This document shows, piece after piece, positions 35,808 through 45,967 of a DNA stretch of 64,000 bases. The position numbers and the translations under genes are program-made. The stretch spans positions 2,621 to 66,620 of IMG/VR virus record IMGVR_UViG_3300027973_000056, one strand, 5' to 3'. The stretch comes from a virus. A model generated the notes under the pieces. The model ran no database searches. It was not told the origin of the DNA and saw nothing but the letters and a program-made list of their open reading frames with translations. The stretch's first letter is position 1. The number at the start of each line of letters is the position of its first letter.

Positions 35808-36896
35808 TTGAATTTAGATATAAACATATTGAACGAATACCTTGAGAAGGGTTTGGTGGTTAAAAATGACCATCCAACCCTTCCATTGTCTATTTGGAAT
35901 TATTCTCGTACTTGCCAGTATGAGAATAAGTGGGATGATATTACCAAAATGTGCCGAGGTCTTATCTTGGATAGAGAAGGTAATGTTATTGCTAAAGCGT
36001 TCAATAAGTTTTTTAACTACGAAGAATTAACTTTAAACGATATACCTGAAGAATCTTTTGAGGTATTTGAAAAATTGGATGGTTCTTTAGGTATTTTATT
36101 TTGGTATCAAGGCAAATGGATATTAGCAAGTAAAGGTTCGTTTACTTCAGACCAATCAATTAAGGGTAGAGATATTTTAAATAAAAAATACAACGTAGAA
36201 GTATTACCAAAAGGATATACTACCGTTGTTGAAATTATTTACCCTGAAAATCGTATTGTTTGCGATTACGGTGTTGATGAAGAATTGGTTGTACTGTCTA
36301 TGGTGAGTAACGCAAATGGTAAAGAATTGGACTACGATTCTATGTTGTCAATCAACGAAGTAAGTGGATTTCCAACCATTAAGAAATATGATGGTATCAC
36401 AGATTATGATACCCTTAAAGATAAGATTAACGGTAACAGAGAAGGATATGTAATTCGTTTTAAGAATGGATTTAGAATGAAAATAAAAGGAGAAGAATAC
36501 GTTCGTCTTCACAGAATCTTAACTGGATTTTCAAATGTGGATATATGGGAATACCTTAAAGACGGAAAAAATATCGATGAATTACTTGACAGGGTTCCTG
36601 ATGAATTTGATAAGTGGGTTAAAACCACAATTCGAGATTTAAAATATGAATGTTTTCAATTGAGGGAGAGAGCAGGAAAACTTCACGATGGATTCCGTTA
36701 TGGAAAATATGGTGATGTAGACCCTGAACCATCTAAAAAAGAATTTGCAGAATTTGTTATGAAACAACAAGAAGTTTTACATGCAATTATGTTTGCGATG
36801 TGGGACCATAACAACGAAAAAGTTGACGATATTATTTGGAAATTAGTTAAACCAAAATATTCAAAACCATTTTGGCAAAAAGAAATTGAACCATGA
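35808..36896 (+). CDS. RNA ligase, T4 Rnl1-like
   Basis: CRGLI, KFFN, EKLDGS (adenylated Lys), EGYV, KIK..EY. Confidence 0.88.
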   Translation: MNLDINILNEYLEKGLVVKNDHPTLPLSIWNYSRTCQYENKWDDITKMCRGLILDREGNVIAKAFNKFFNYEELTLNDIPEESFEVFEKLDGSLGILFWYQGKWILASKGSFTSDQSIKGRDILNKKYNVEVLPKGYTTVVEIIYPENRIVCDYGVDEELVVLSMVSNANGKELDYDSMLSINEVSGFPTIKKYDGITDYDTLKDKINGNREGYVIRFKNGFRMKIKGEEYVRLHRILTGFSNVDIWEYLKDGKNIDELLDRVPDEFDKWVKTTIRDLKYECFQLRERAGKLHDGFRYGKYGDVDPEPSKKEFAEFVMKQQEVLHAIMFAMWDHNNEKVDDIIWKLVKPKYSKPFWQKEIEP

Positions 36897-37138
36897 AAAA
36901 TAAAATAGACAAAATCTACGAATCAAAAATCGTACATACTTCATTCTTAGATAAAGAATCCATTGTTGATGCAATGATGGATTCTTATATCTTAGGATTA
37001 AACGAATCAGAAGAAAAATACAATAAACTTAAATTAGCTTTTGAATCTTTATTAGATTATTGGGGTGATTATGGAAACTATAACTCGTCAAGAAATCATA
37101 TGGAAGAAGATTGGAAAAAAGAAGGAGGATTAATATGA
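36893..37138 (+). CDS. hypothetical protein
   Basis: 81-aa ORF in operon. Confidence 0.6.
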   Translation: MKNKIDKIYESKIVHTSFLDKESIVDAMMDSYILGLNESEEKYNKLKLAFESLLDYWGDYGNYNSSRNHMEEDWKKEGGLI

Positions 37139-38460
37139 ACAATATAGATAAACAATACACAGAGTTACTTCAAGACATTCTTGATAATGGAGTGGAGAAA
37201 AAAGATAGAACAGGTACTGGCACAATTTCAGTATTTGGTCGTCAAATACGCCATAACATGAATGAAGGGTTTCCTTTACTTACGACCAAGAAAATGGCGT
37301 GGAAGACTATGGTTGTCGAGTTGTTATGGTTCTTAAGAGGTGATACTAACATCAAGTTCCTATTAGATTATGATTGTCACATTTGGGATGGAGATGCATA
37401 TAAGAATTATTGTAAATTTATTGAGTCAGATGTAAGTCAGAATAATAAACTTGAAATAGTAAAAATACCCGAATCAAAGGAAATATTTATCAAAACTATC
37501 AAATGTGATGATGAGATTGTAAGAAAAATGGGTAAAAGATATTGTGATGAGTTTGCAAAACAATGGGGAGACCTTGGACCAATATACGGTAAACAATGGA
37601 GAAGTTGGACTAAAAAGAAAATGTATCTATCAACAGATGGTTTATATGAAAACATCTATGATGAGACAGACCAAACTGTTATTGACCAAATATCTAGTTT
37701 AATCAACGAACTAAAAACAAATCCAGACTCAAGACGATTAATGGTTTCAGCTTGGAATGTTGGAGAATTAGACCAAATGGTTCTTCCACCTTGTCATTAT
37801 GGATTTCAAGTTTATACAACTGAATTAAGTGATTTAAGAAGATATAATATTTGGTTTAATAACAACTACGAAACAGGTATGGAAAGGTTCTTTGACCCTA
37901 AAAACTTACCTGATTTTGATAACCCGTATTATACTCCAACCCCAAAGAGAGCAATCTCCTTAATGTGGAATCAACGTTCAGTGGATACATTTTTAGGTCT
38001 TCCATTCAATATTGCATCTTATGCGTTGTTATTGAATATCATTGCAGAAGAAGTTAATATGGTTCCTGATGAATTGATTGGTAATTTAGGTGACGTTCAT
38101 TTATATTCAAACCATATTGAACAAGCAAAAGAACAGATTGGTAGAACGTTAACTTTCGATGAAAGATATGCTTTGTATACAGGACATGATAAAACATGGG
38201 AAGAAGATGGTGGAAATTCGTATGGTAAAATTAATGGGTTGGATATGATGGATGATAGAGGAATACCAACCAGAACAAGAGAACCATATCCATTACCGTC
38301 AGTTAAAATAACTCATAGAGAATGGTATCAACATGAAAAAGTTAAAGAACATTTAGGTGAAAAAACTTTTAATGAAAAAATATTATCATTAAGACCTGAT
38401 TGTTTTGAATTATTAAATTATAAATCTCATCCACCAATTAAAGCGCCCTTATCAAACTAA
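37135..38460 (+). CDS. thyA: thymidylate synthase (with insertions)
   Basis: DRTGTGT, FPLLTTKK, ELLWFLRG, LPPCH, QRSVD.FLGLPFNIASY, GDVHLY.NH. Confidence 0.95.
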   Translation: MNNIDKQYTELLQDILDNGVEKKDRTGTGTISVFGRQIRHNMNEGFPLLTTKKMAWKTMVVELLWFLRGDTNIKFLLDYDCHIWDGDAYKNYCKFIESDVSQNNKLEIVKIPESKEIFIKTIKCDDEIVRKMGKRYCDEFAKQWGDLGPIYGKQWRSWTKKKMYLSTDGLYENIYDETDQTVIDQISSLINELKTNPDSRRLMVSAWNVGELDQMVLPPCHYGFQVYTTELSDLRRYNIWFNNNYETGMERFFDPKNLPDFDNPYYTPTPKRAISLMWNQRSVDTFLGLPFNIASYALLLNIIAEEVNMVPDELIGNLGDVHLYSNHIEQAKEQIGRTLTFDERYALYTGHDKTWEEDGGNSYGKINGLDMMDDRGIPTRTREPYPLPSVKITHREWYQHEKVKEHLGEKTFNEKILSLRPDCFELLNYKSHPPIKAPLSN

Positions 38461-38681
38461 TGGAATACGAAATTATATTACCCGAAATAATCGGTGACGA
38501 ATGGCATAATATTGGAATTGATTTTGCGCCTCAAACAATTACTGGAGTCATCCGAGGTGAAGATAAGGATAAAACAATTATTGATTTAAAAAAATATTGT
38601 CTTTCATTAGACAATCGTTTTTTAAAAAATTACAAAATAATAAAGAAAGAAGATAAAACGATAATTCAAATTACTGTTTAA
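38460..38681 (+). CDS. hypothetical protein
   Basis: 73-aa ORF. Confidence 0.6.
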   Translation: MEYEIILPEIIGDEWHNIGIDFAPQTITGVIRGEDKDKTIIDLKKYCLSLDNRFLKNYKIIKKEDKTIIQITV

Positions 38682-39112
38682 TGAAAAAATACGGAATAAC
38701 ATCAATGTACGGAAACCCAATCCATCCAGGACATATAGAATGTCTTATGTTGTCTAAAGAACTTGTGGACGAATTATGGGTAATTGTGAACAACGATAAA
38801 CAAGCAGAATTAAAAAGAGGAATACCTTCTTTTCAAGATGAGGAATATCGTAAAGTGGTTATTGAATCAATCAGATATGTTGACCACGCTGAAATCGCTA
38901 TCGACCAAGATGGTAGTGTTTGTGAAACAATCAAATTATTTTACGATAAGATTAAATCATTAGACTCTAAGTCTGAAATTATTTTCACAAAGGGAGGAGA
39001 CCGATTTGCGAACGAAATCCCTGAGAAAGTAGTTTGCGATTCATTAGGAATAAAAATAGTTGACGGATTAGGGTTAAAAACTCACAACTCAAGTGATATG
39101 ATTAATCGTTAA
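38681..39112 (+). CDS. HxGH cytidylyltransferase-like protein
   Basis: PIHPGH, VNND, KGGDR. Confidence 0.85.
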   Translation: MKKYGITSMYGNPIHPGHIECLMLSKELVDELWVIVNNDKQAELKRGIPSFQDEEYRKVVIESIRYVDHAEIAIDQDGSVCETIKLFYDKIKSLDSKSEIIFTKGGDRFANEIPEKVVCDSLGIKIVDGLGLKTHNSSDMINR

Positions 39113-39720
39113 GCAAACGTCATATAGAGTTGGACTATTTTGTTGGCAAATTTTTCAGCCAAATGGTTCACTCTACTCATATCATCCATATCTATTTTTT
39201 TAGATTCCATGTATTTCATAAGACCTTGTATCAATTTCATTTTAGATTCTTCTGCCATTTCTAAAACTTCCTGAAATGATTCATTATCTTCTTGATTTTC
39301 TCCATGGTATCTATCAATCCATTCTTTACCTGAATATAAAAATGGATGGGCTTGAAACATATTTACAACACTTGATTCTCTAAGTTTGTTAAGAAATTCT
39401 CTAAAAAATCTCCAATCAAAGTTTTCAAATACTTCAGGATTTTTAGCGAAAAAATCATAGTGACGGTCACCTGTAGTTGCACTTTCTTGAACTCTCTCTT
39501 TTGGTTTTTTCCACGCATCTGTAGATGAAACCAATGCTAACGTACTTCCATTATCCCAAATAACCTCAATGATTGATTCATCACCATTTGACTCAAATGG
39601 GTCTCTACTAACTCTTCTAACAGTTCCTTTAGTACCAGGAGGTACTCCTGTTTCACCATCCATGTGGTAACAAATTACCTTATCTCCTTCTTTTAATTTT
39701 GGATTTAATTCACCTTTCAT
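39109..39720 (-). CDS. DUF4314-like domain protein
   Basis: GDKV....M....VPPGTKGTV...V.WDNGS.LAL...D; C-terminal LRES..VNMF. Confidence 0.65.
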   Translation of the reverse strand: MKGELNPKLKEGDKVICYHMDGETGVPPGTKGTVRRVSRDPFESNGDESIIEVIWDNGSTLALVSSTDAWKKPKERVQESATTGDRHYDFFAKNPEVFENFDWRFFREFLNKLRESSVVNMFQAHPFLYSGKEWIDRYHGENQEDNESFQEVLEMAEESKMKLIQGLMKYMESKKIDMDDMSRVNHLAEKFANKIVQLYMTFA

Positions 39721-39753
39721 AACAATAAATATATGCGGTATATTTATTGTCAT

Positions 39754-40374
39754 ATGGATTTTTTAATTAACGAATCTCAATTGAGAATAATTTTACAGGA
39801 ACAAGATGAATCAAAAATGACTGATTACATGAAAACCATGTATTCATTCACTAAAAATCTTGCAAATAGAGTTAGTAAAGTTTATGGTCTTAACGTTAAA
39901 ATGTTAATGACTTGGGCTACATCCGTTGGTGGTTTAGTAATGCCGTTAGATAAATTTATTAGAGACGGTAATTTTGAACTAACTGATGACCAAAGATATT
40001 TGGTTTTAGCAGGTATTGCATTTATAATGTTTTATGAAAACAAAAAAGGATTAGTTAAAATTTTAAGTAAAATTAAAGAGGAAGGTCTTGAGGATACATT
40101 TCGTTTAGTATTAGAAAAAGCTAAGGATTTAAAATCAGCATTTAAAGGATTCCTTTCATCATTAAAAATTACTGTAAGTACTTTTATGGATACGGTAGCA
40201 TATTCATTTTTAATACCAATTATTATGGATATTCAAGATATCGCATATAGAACATCAAATCCTAAAGAAAGTGCCATATTAATTGCCGAAAGATTGATTG
40301 CGTCGGGAGGTGTCCTAATAACAGCTCAAGTTTTATCTCAAGTAATCAAAAAAATCATCGAAAAAATTAAGTAA
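39754..40374 (+). CDS. hypothetical (probable virion) protein
   Basis: MDFLINESQLRIILQEQ N-terminus after TATTTAT. Confidence 0.7.
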   Translation: MDFLINESQLRIILQEQDESKMTDYMKTMYSFTKNLANRVSKVYGLNVKMLMTWATSVGGLVMPLDKFIRDGNFELTDDQRYLVLAGIAFIMFYENKKGLVKILSKIKEEGLEDTFRLVLEKAKDLKSAFKGFLSSLKITVSTFMDTVAYSFLIPIIMDIQDIAYRTSNPKESAILIAERLIASGGVLITAQVLSQVIKKIIEKIK

Positions 40375-41116
40375 ACATATCGGGTTCTAAATCGTAATAA
40401 TTACCCCACTTTTGAGTAATTTCAAACCCATCCATTTTAATAATAAAGTATCGTGCTTGATAATATAAGTCATCAATACCGATAATATCAATCTCATTAC
40501 CCATTACATCATAAAGTACATTATTAATCTCATCTCTTAGGTAATCAGTATCGTACATCACATTCAAAATAGCGCCAGCAACATCGTCCGCAATTTTCAA
40601 ATTAGGTACTACATAATGACTATCAAACATGAAGTTAGATATTTCAATGTTAAAATTAAAATCAATATATACGTCATCTAAGTAGTAGAATTCTTCCATA
40701 GGTCTCCAATATATATCAAAAGTCAATGGACCTATTGCGGTTCTTAAGGTTACTTCTTTAACTTCTTTTCTCATCGTAAATAAAACCTCTCTTTGTTTCT
40801 CAGAGGAAATAAAAATACCTTTATTAATAGGTTCTTTACCATCAACCAATATTTTCTCTGAATATGAAAAATTACTACCTACGTATTTCCAAATATTAGT
40901 AAGAATGTCGTGAATATGACCACTGAATACTGGAGTCGCATATGATTGACCTTTTTTAGGTAAAACAACATTTACCACAATATTGTAACTCCATCCTTTC
41001 GCATCATCTGGTTCTATGGATAAAAAATGATATTCATATCCATCTTTATCAAAGGAGTGTTCCATTAATACCTTACGAAATATTTTTAATTCCCTATCCT
41101 TTAATTCTGTATTCAT
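40367..41116 (-). CDS. hypothetical protein
   Basis: 249-aa ORF. Confidence 0.7.
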   Translation of the reverse strand: MNTELKDRELKIFRKVLMEHSFDKDGYEYHFLSIEPDDAKGWSYNIVVNVVLPKKGQSYATPVFSGHIHDILTNIWKYVGSNFSYSEKILVDGKEPINKGIFISSEKQREVLFTMRKEVKEVTLRTAIGPLTFDIYWRPMEEFYYLDDVYIDFNFNIEISNFMFDSHYVVPNLKIADDVAGAILNVMYDTDYLRDEINNVLYDVMGNEIDIIGIDDLYYQARYFIIKMDGFEITQKWGNYYDLEPDMFT

Positions 41117-42093
41117 TACTTCTGTAAAATTTGTTGGATTACTTTTTCCTGTTGTTTTGGATTCAAAGTATGCTTATGTGGATTTTTTTGAAACCAAGTT
41201 CTAACTAAAGTTTCAAAATCCGCTTTTTCAGATTTGGCTCTTTTATTAAATCCAGCTCTTTGGGCTTCCAATTCGTGTTGTTGGGTATAATACTTTTCAG
41301 GGGACTTTGGCTCTTTATTTGGAAACTTATATCCTTGTTCGTGTTGTTTAATATGTTCTAATTCATGGCGAATAACCTCGTTTAGTTCTTTGGTTAATTC
41401 ATCAAGTATTGTATATCCCGCATTTGGATTAGAGATGATTGTAAGGTACATTAAATCATCGTCATAATATAACTCCCCATCTACATCAACAGTCTCTACA
41501 TCGTCACTTAATTGCAAATCTAAGAAGATACTAAACCCGTTAAATTCAGGATAAGTATAAACCATTTCATCTTTACCCAAATCTTCAGGTAATCCAAATT
41601 CTCCTTGTCTTTGGTGTTTGAAAAATTGTACAACATCTTGTACCAATTTTCTGGTAAGTTTGTCTAATTGACCTTCAACTATTAACGATTCGTTTATTTT
41701 TTTTGGTTCTACTTCATTTATAACTTTTGTAACCATTGATGATGGTAATGAAAAATATTTTAATATCTCATCCACTTTTCCTTGTGTGACCCACACAAGA
41801 TTTTGATAAGGTCCAGTATCATATGTTTCAATTTTTGTTTCACGACCAAAATGAAACCTCATAATTGAATTATGAGCGTCAGATAATTCGCTTGAAGGTA
41901 AGATATACAATGTAAGAGTAACATAATCTTTCTTATCTCCCATTGAGATATATTCCCTTACTCCTGTGATTTCAACTTTAATGTTAGTAGGCGTAGGATA
42001 TTCACCATCCCCATCTTGAAGATAATATATTTCAAATGTGTGGCCTTCAAAAAATCTATTAACCCTATCTATTATTGCCTGTTCTTGATTCAT
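41116..42093 (-). CDS. protein with HExxH zincin-like motif
   Basis: IRHELEH..Q...ELEA; internal INESLIVE. Confidence 0.6.
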   Translation of the reverse strand: MNQEQAIIDRVNRFFEGHTFEIYYLQDGDGEYPTPTNIKVEITGVREYISMGDKKDYVTLTLYILPSSELSDAHNSIMRFHFGRETKIETYDTGPYQNLVWVTQGKVDEILKYFSLPSSMVTKVINEVEPKKINESLIVEGQLDKLTRKLVQDVVQFFKHQRQGEFGLPEDLGKDEMVYTYPEFNGFSIFLDLQLSDDVETVDVDGELYYDDDLMYLTIISNPNAGYTILDELTKELNEVIRHELEHIKQHEQGYKFPNKEPKSPEKYYTQQHELEAQRAGFNKRAKSEKADFETLVRTWFQKNPHKHTLNPKQQEKVIQQILQK

Positions 42094-42107
42094 TAACTAT
42101 AAATACA

Positions 42108-42530
42108 TCAAAATGGAATTGATAACCCAAAACCGTATCTAATTCCTTTCATGAAATTTATGCCAACAGTAAAATCAGGTCCACGTTTAGTATTGGTTAA
42201 TATTCTTAATGGATATACCTTAACCCAAACATCTGGTTTAAAATCAACTCCATCAACATGAGTTTCACCAAAAACACCTCCCATAATAGAAAATTTATGA
42301 TTGGTTAAACTAAGTCCAATTCTATTCATTCTTGATTGAGGTGTTGTATAGATATATGGTTGAGGAAACGTTGTTGTAACGTATGCTCCGATATAATAAC
42401 CAAATCCATTATAATTATTGTTGTACGTGACTACCAAACTTTTTTCTTTTGGAATATACATAATGTCAGAAGTCTGACTTTTGCCAACAAAAGAAATAAA
42501 TAATAAAAAGAGTGCGAGTGTTGTTTTCAT
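42108..42530 (-). CDS. small outer-membrane beta-barrel-like protein
   Basis: Signal peptide, alternating beta strands, C-terminal F. Confidence 0.55.
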   Translation of the reverse strand: MKTTLALFLLFISFVGKSQTSDIMYIPKEKSLVVTYNNNYNGFGYYIGAYVTTTFPQPYIYTTPQSRMNRIGLSLTNHKFSIMGGVFGETHVDGVDFKPDVWVKVYPLRILTNTKRGPDFTVGINFMKGIRYGFGLSIPF

Positions 42531-42585
42531 AACACAAATATACTACTTTTGTGTCAATATAAAAAGACTATTAAATAAAACACAC

Positions 42586-42798
42586 ATGAACGAAAAATTG
42601 ATTACCATGTTGAGACTATCTGCAGAGTCAGATAAAGCAAAAGCATTATTAACTTTAGACCTATTGGGGAATAAAGGTGTCGGTATCGGTGACCACTCAA
42701 CTAAAGACTTCTACAGCAACGCTGAAGAAGCGTTACAAATGTTGGTAGACGCTGAAGATAGGTTAAAGGTTATTGAGAAGTATTTTGGTGGAAAATAA
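42586..42798 (+). CDS. hypothetical protein
   Basis: ATG 42586; VGIGDH motif. Confidence 0.7.
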   Translation: MNEKLITMLRLSAESDKAKALLTLDLLGNKGVGIGDHSTKDFYSNAEEALQMLVDAEDRLKVIEKYFGGK

Positions 42799-42810
42799 AG
42801 TTTTAAAATA

Positions 42811-42895
42811 GGAAGCTTGCCAGAGTGGTTGAATGGAACGGTCTTGAAAACCGTCATACTGAAAGGTATCTGGGGTTCGAATCCCTGAGCTTCCG
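42811..42895 (+). tRNA. tRNA-Ser(TGA)
   Basis: Loop CTTGAAA, long variable arm. Confidence 0.92.
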
Positions 42896-42991
42896 CAAAC
42901 TTGGAGTACGAGGAACTAACATAAACGGAGTACTTAACCCATAAGTTTATTAAATTAAATTATAAGGTTTCCAGTGAGTTAGTTCAAATAT

Positions 42992-43161
42992 TGTAAGGTG
43001 GCGAAATTGGGTTGTCTCTGTTATGACCTTGGCATACGCACCCACCTGTCTCGTGGGCGAGGACAAAGAAATAGATTAATAATATGGGGTAGACCACCAG
43101 CTTGCAAGCGTTCTGTTATTAATTGAATCTCCTCTTGAAGGTTCGACTCCTTCCCTTACAG
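42992..43161 (+). ncRNA. extended tRNA-like RNA (170 nt, GTC anticodon position)
   Basis: TGTAAGG/CCTTACA acceptor, GAAGG-TTCGACT-CCTTC T-arm, CCCAC-CTGTCTC-GTGGG arm, D-loop insertion and ~80-nt variable arm. Confidence 0.65.
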
Positions 43162-43263
43162 CATGTGTTACCCAAAGGGTAACTCAATGGTATGAGACTT
43201 GTTCTCTCAAACTCAATACCTAAAGTTGAGCATCTTCTCTACGGGAGAGGATTTAAGTTATTA

Positions 43264-43295
43264 ACATTCAGTAGAAATACTGAATGTTTTTTTTT
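43264..43295 (+). terminator. intrinsic terminator
   Basis: AACATTCAGTA/TACTGAATGTT followed by T-tract. Confidence 0.75.
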
Positions 43296-43338
43296 GACTA
43301 ATATTTTTATTTAACTTATCTTTTAAAAAAACAAAAAT

Positions 43339-44385
43339 ATGTCTCGTATAAATGAATTAAAAAAACAATATCCTGAATTGAATATTACAATGTTTGATTT
43401 AATGGTTAGATTAGATACCACTAAAACTCACAAATACCTTCCTTTAATGTGTAAAATTTTTGGAAAAAGATTTGATGTAAAAGAAATGTGGCGTAAAGAT
43501 GAATTATCAATTGGCATATTGGAAATTCAATCAAATTTAATTAATAAAGGAATTTCAACTGATGGACTTACAGATAATCAAATGTTTTATTTGTCAAACT
43601 ATATTACTGAAAATTTCACTACTGAAACATATCATACTTTAAACTTATTCATGGAATACATGGATAAAAATATGATTGAAAAAAATGATGTTACAAGTTA
43701 TAAAGATATTGATGATATTAGAGGTGCCGTAACATTAGCTACCATGAAAGAGCTTACAAAAGAACTTGAGGGTCAGGTTGTCAAAGAATATGAAGATGAA
43801 AAGTGGGTTGTTGTTAGACCTTTAACATTTTCAGCATCGGCAAAATATGGTTCATCAACAAGATGGTGTACAACATATCAAAAAGAAAAAAACTATTTTG
43901 AAAAATATTGGAGACGAGGTATTTTGGCATATTTTATCAATAAAGAAACAGGATATAAGTTTGCGGGTTACAAAGGATTAGATGGTGATTCAGAATTTAG
44001 TTTTTGGAATGCTGAAGATAGTAGAGTTGATTACCTTGATGTTGATGCTGATGATTATCTATTCCCTATTGTTAGAAAAATATTCAAATCCGAATTTACA
44101 AACAAAAATTTATGTTCAGATGAAATTCAACAACAAGTTTATACAGAATGTATAAGTGTTCACGAAAAAATGAGAATTGAATTTAGTGATGAGACAATTC
44201 CACTCAATGAACAACCGACGGAGGTATCAATGGAACAACCAGAATTACCCGTTCATAATTATCAAAGAGAAATGGACACAATACGCGAATTACTTAGTGA
44301 AACAGAAAATGACATTGTTCCAGGAGAAAGACAAGTTCGAGAATTATTATCTGAATTCACAGATGTTCCAACAATGAGGGCCTAA
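43339..44385 (+). CDS. hypothetical protein with KYGxxTxWC motif
   Basis: SAKYGSSTRWCTT..YFINK..FWNAED, paralogous to 3354-4859. Confidence 0.8.
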   Translation: MSRINELKKQYPELNITMFDLMVRLDTTKTHKYLPLMCKIFGKRFDVKEMWRKDELSIGILEIQSNLINKGISTDGLTDNQMFYLSNYITENFTTETYHTLNLFMEYMDKNMIEKNDVTSYKDIDDIRGAVTLATMKELTKELEGQVVKEYEDEKWVVVRPLTFSASAKYGSSTRWCTTYQKEKNYFEKYWRRGILAYFINKETGYKFAGYKGLDGDSEFSFWNAEDSRVDYLDVDADDYLFPIVRKIFKSEFTNKNLCSDEIQQQVYTECISVHEKMRIEFSDETIPLNEQPTEVSMEQPELPVHNYQREMDTIRELLSETENDIVPGERQVRELLSEFTDVPTMRA

Positions 44386-44479
44386 GATTTCCTTCTCTCC
44401 TAATAACTTGATGCCAAACAAATTTTAAAATTGAAATTTGTTTGGCATTTCACAATTTGTTTGGCACGGATAAATTATA

Positions 44480-44773
44480 TTAAAATAACGGTCTTTTATT
44501 CCAATAGATATGTAGATTTTTATCGACTCCTAACATTCTAAAAAATCCTGAAATATCAGAATTAATTTTATTAGTAAAACTACCTTTGGACCAATCTGGG
44601 TCCATATCTAAGAAAAAATTTATTCTATTTGGATTTGATTCTCCAAAATTAATCTTATATATGGTGATTCTTATTGGTTCATCGTCATCACCAACCAATT
44701 CGTTATTAATTTCTGGTATTATAACGTCATCAATATATACTTGTAAGTATTTTTCAATTTTATCAATATTCAT
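44480..44773 (-). CDS. hypothetical protein
   Basis: 97-aa ORF. Confidence 0.65.
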   Translation of the reverse strand: MNIDKIEKYLQVYIDDVIIPEINNELVGDDDEPIRITIYKINFGESNPNRINFFLDMDPDWSKGSFTNKINSDISGFFRMLGVDKNLHIYWNKRPLF

Positions 44774-44775
44774 TA

Positions 44776-45318
44776 CTAATAATTTGAAGAGGAAAGTCCA
44801 AGTTGTTTAGAATATCTACCAAGATTACAAGACCAATATCCTGCGGTTGTTCTATCTGTTTTTTGAGAACACTTGCGGTTCTCTTTAACTATTAATATAG
44901 AATTACCAAAAGTTATTTTTTTAACTCCTTCAGTTTTACTCTTAGTATAAACTGCGAATTTCTTAGGATTTCTTGGAGTTTTACCTTCCGTTAAAATATC
45001 ATCTTCTGTTTCGTAGATGTAAGGAGCATCTAAATAAACATATTCCTTACCAATTTTAACTTTAATACCTAAATCAGATTCAACCATCAATCTATCCTTT
45101 TTATTAAGGTCAATTTTTCCCTGATTAAATAACTCTCTAACTTCATTAACCAAATTAAAATAACCTTCAGAATAAAACATAAATGCATTTTCAGCTAAGG
45201 TCATTTCATTATCAATATGATATTGTAACGCGTTTGAAATTTTAACATTCTCTTTCAATATTAAAGATTTGTCTAACTGTTTCTCTAATGTTTCTTTAAT
45301 TAATTCACGCAAATCCAT
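44776..45318 (-). CDS. hypothetical (probable virion) protein
   Basis: LRELIKE..ILKE N-terminus; KKFAVY..KKITFG..AGYWSC motif. Confidence 0.7.
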   Translation of the reverse strand: MDLRELIKETLEKQLDKSLILKENVKISNALQYHIDNEMTLAENAFMFYSEGYFNLVNEVRELFNQGKIDLNKKDRLMVESDLGIKVKIGKEYVYLDAPYIYETEDDILTEGKTPRNPKKFAVYTKSKTEGVKKITFGNSILIVKENRKCSQKTDRTTAGYWSCNLGRYSKQLGLSSSNY

Positions 45319-45342
45319 GAGATTATTTTTTATATAAATAGT

Positions 45343-45963
45343 CTAATCTTTTTTAACTTTAATTTTCCAATAAATCCCGCCATTAATATACGGTGTGAAT
45401 TCTCCTGATATTCCGTCTGTAGTTCTATTTGCAACTCCAACACCTACTTGATATAAATGGTCTTTTTTAGTTTTTAATATTAATCCCATCCCTAAAGAGT
45501 TAACCCAATCTTTTTGACTCCAAGAACCATCAACACCAATAAACATTTGATTTTTAATTGGTGGCAAAGGAGGAGCTGATTCTCTAACAATTTTTGGTTT
45601 AATCGATGCCGACCATTCTCTGGATATTATTTTATTTTGAGAGATACTATCAGACAAGTATAGAAATCCTTGATTATTATTCAACTTAATAGTGTCCATA
45701 TTAATCATTTTAGCATAAAAATTTTTAAGAATTTCTGCGGTATCTACATGTACTAATGTTGGCACATAGATTGTAGTATCATGATAAATGTCACTACCTT
45801 GAATATATTCAGGGTATGAAATTGTAATGGTATCATGAACCGATTCTCCAGGGATTTCTTTAACCACTTCTTTAATCACTGTACGATTGTCTCCGTCTAA
45901 AAAAAGCACCGCAACAATTAAAGCAAGAATTATAAAATGTCTAATGTCTAATATTTTTTTCAT
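45343..45963 (-). CDS. membrane-anchored hypothetical protein
   Basis: N-terminal TM, HDTI repeats, C-terminal beta strands ending YWKI. Confidence 0.7.
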   Translation of the reverse strand: MKKILDIRHFIILALIVAVLFLDGDNRTVIKEVVKEIPGESVHDTITISYPEYIQGSDIYHDTTIYVPTLVHVDTAEILKNFYAKMINMDTIKLNNNQGFLYLSDSISQNKIISREWSASIKPKIVRESAPPLPPIKNQMFIGVDGSWSQKDWVNSLGMGLILKTKKDHLYQVGVGVANRTTDGISGEFTPYINGGIYWKIKVKKD

Positions 45964-45967
45964 AGTT

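Noticed and set aside
37135-38460. Intron/intein or dCMP hydroxymethylase in thyA
   Set aside because: The frame is continuous, the insertions are short and lack intein motifs, and the dUMP-specifying Asn (PFNIASY) is retained.
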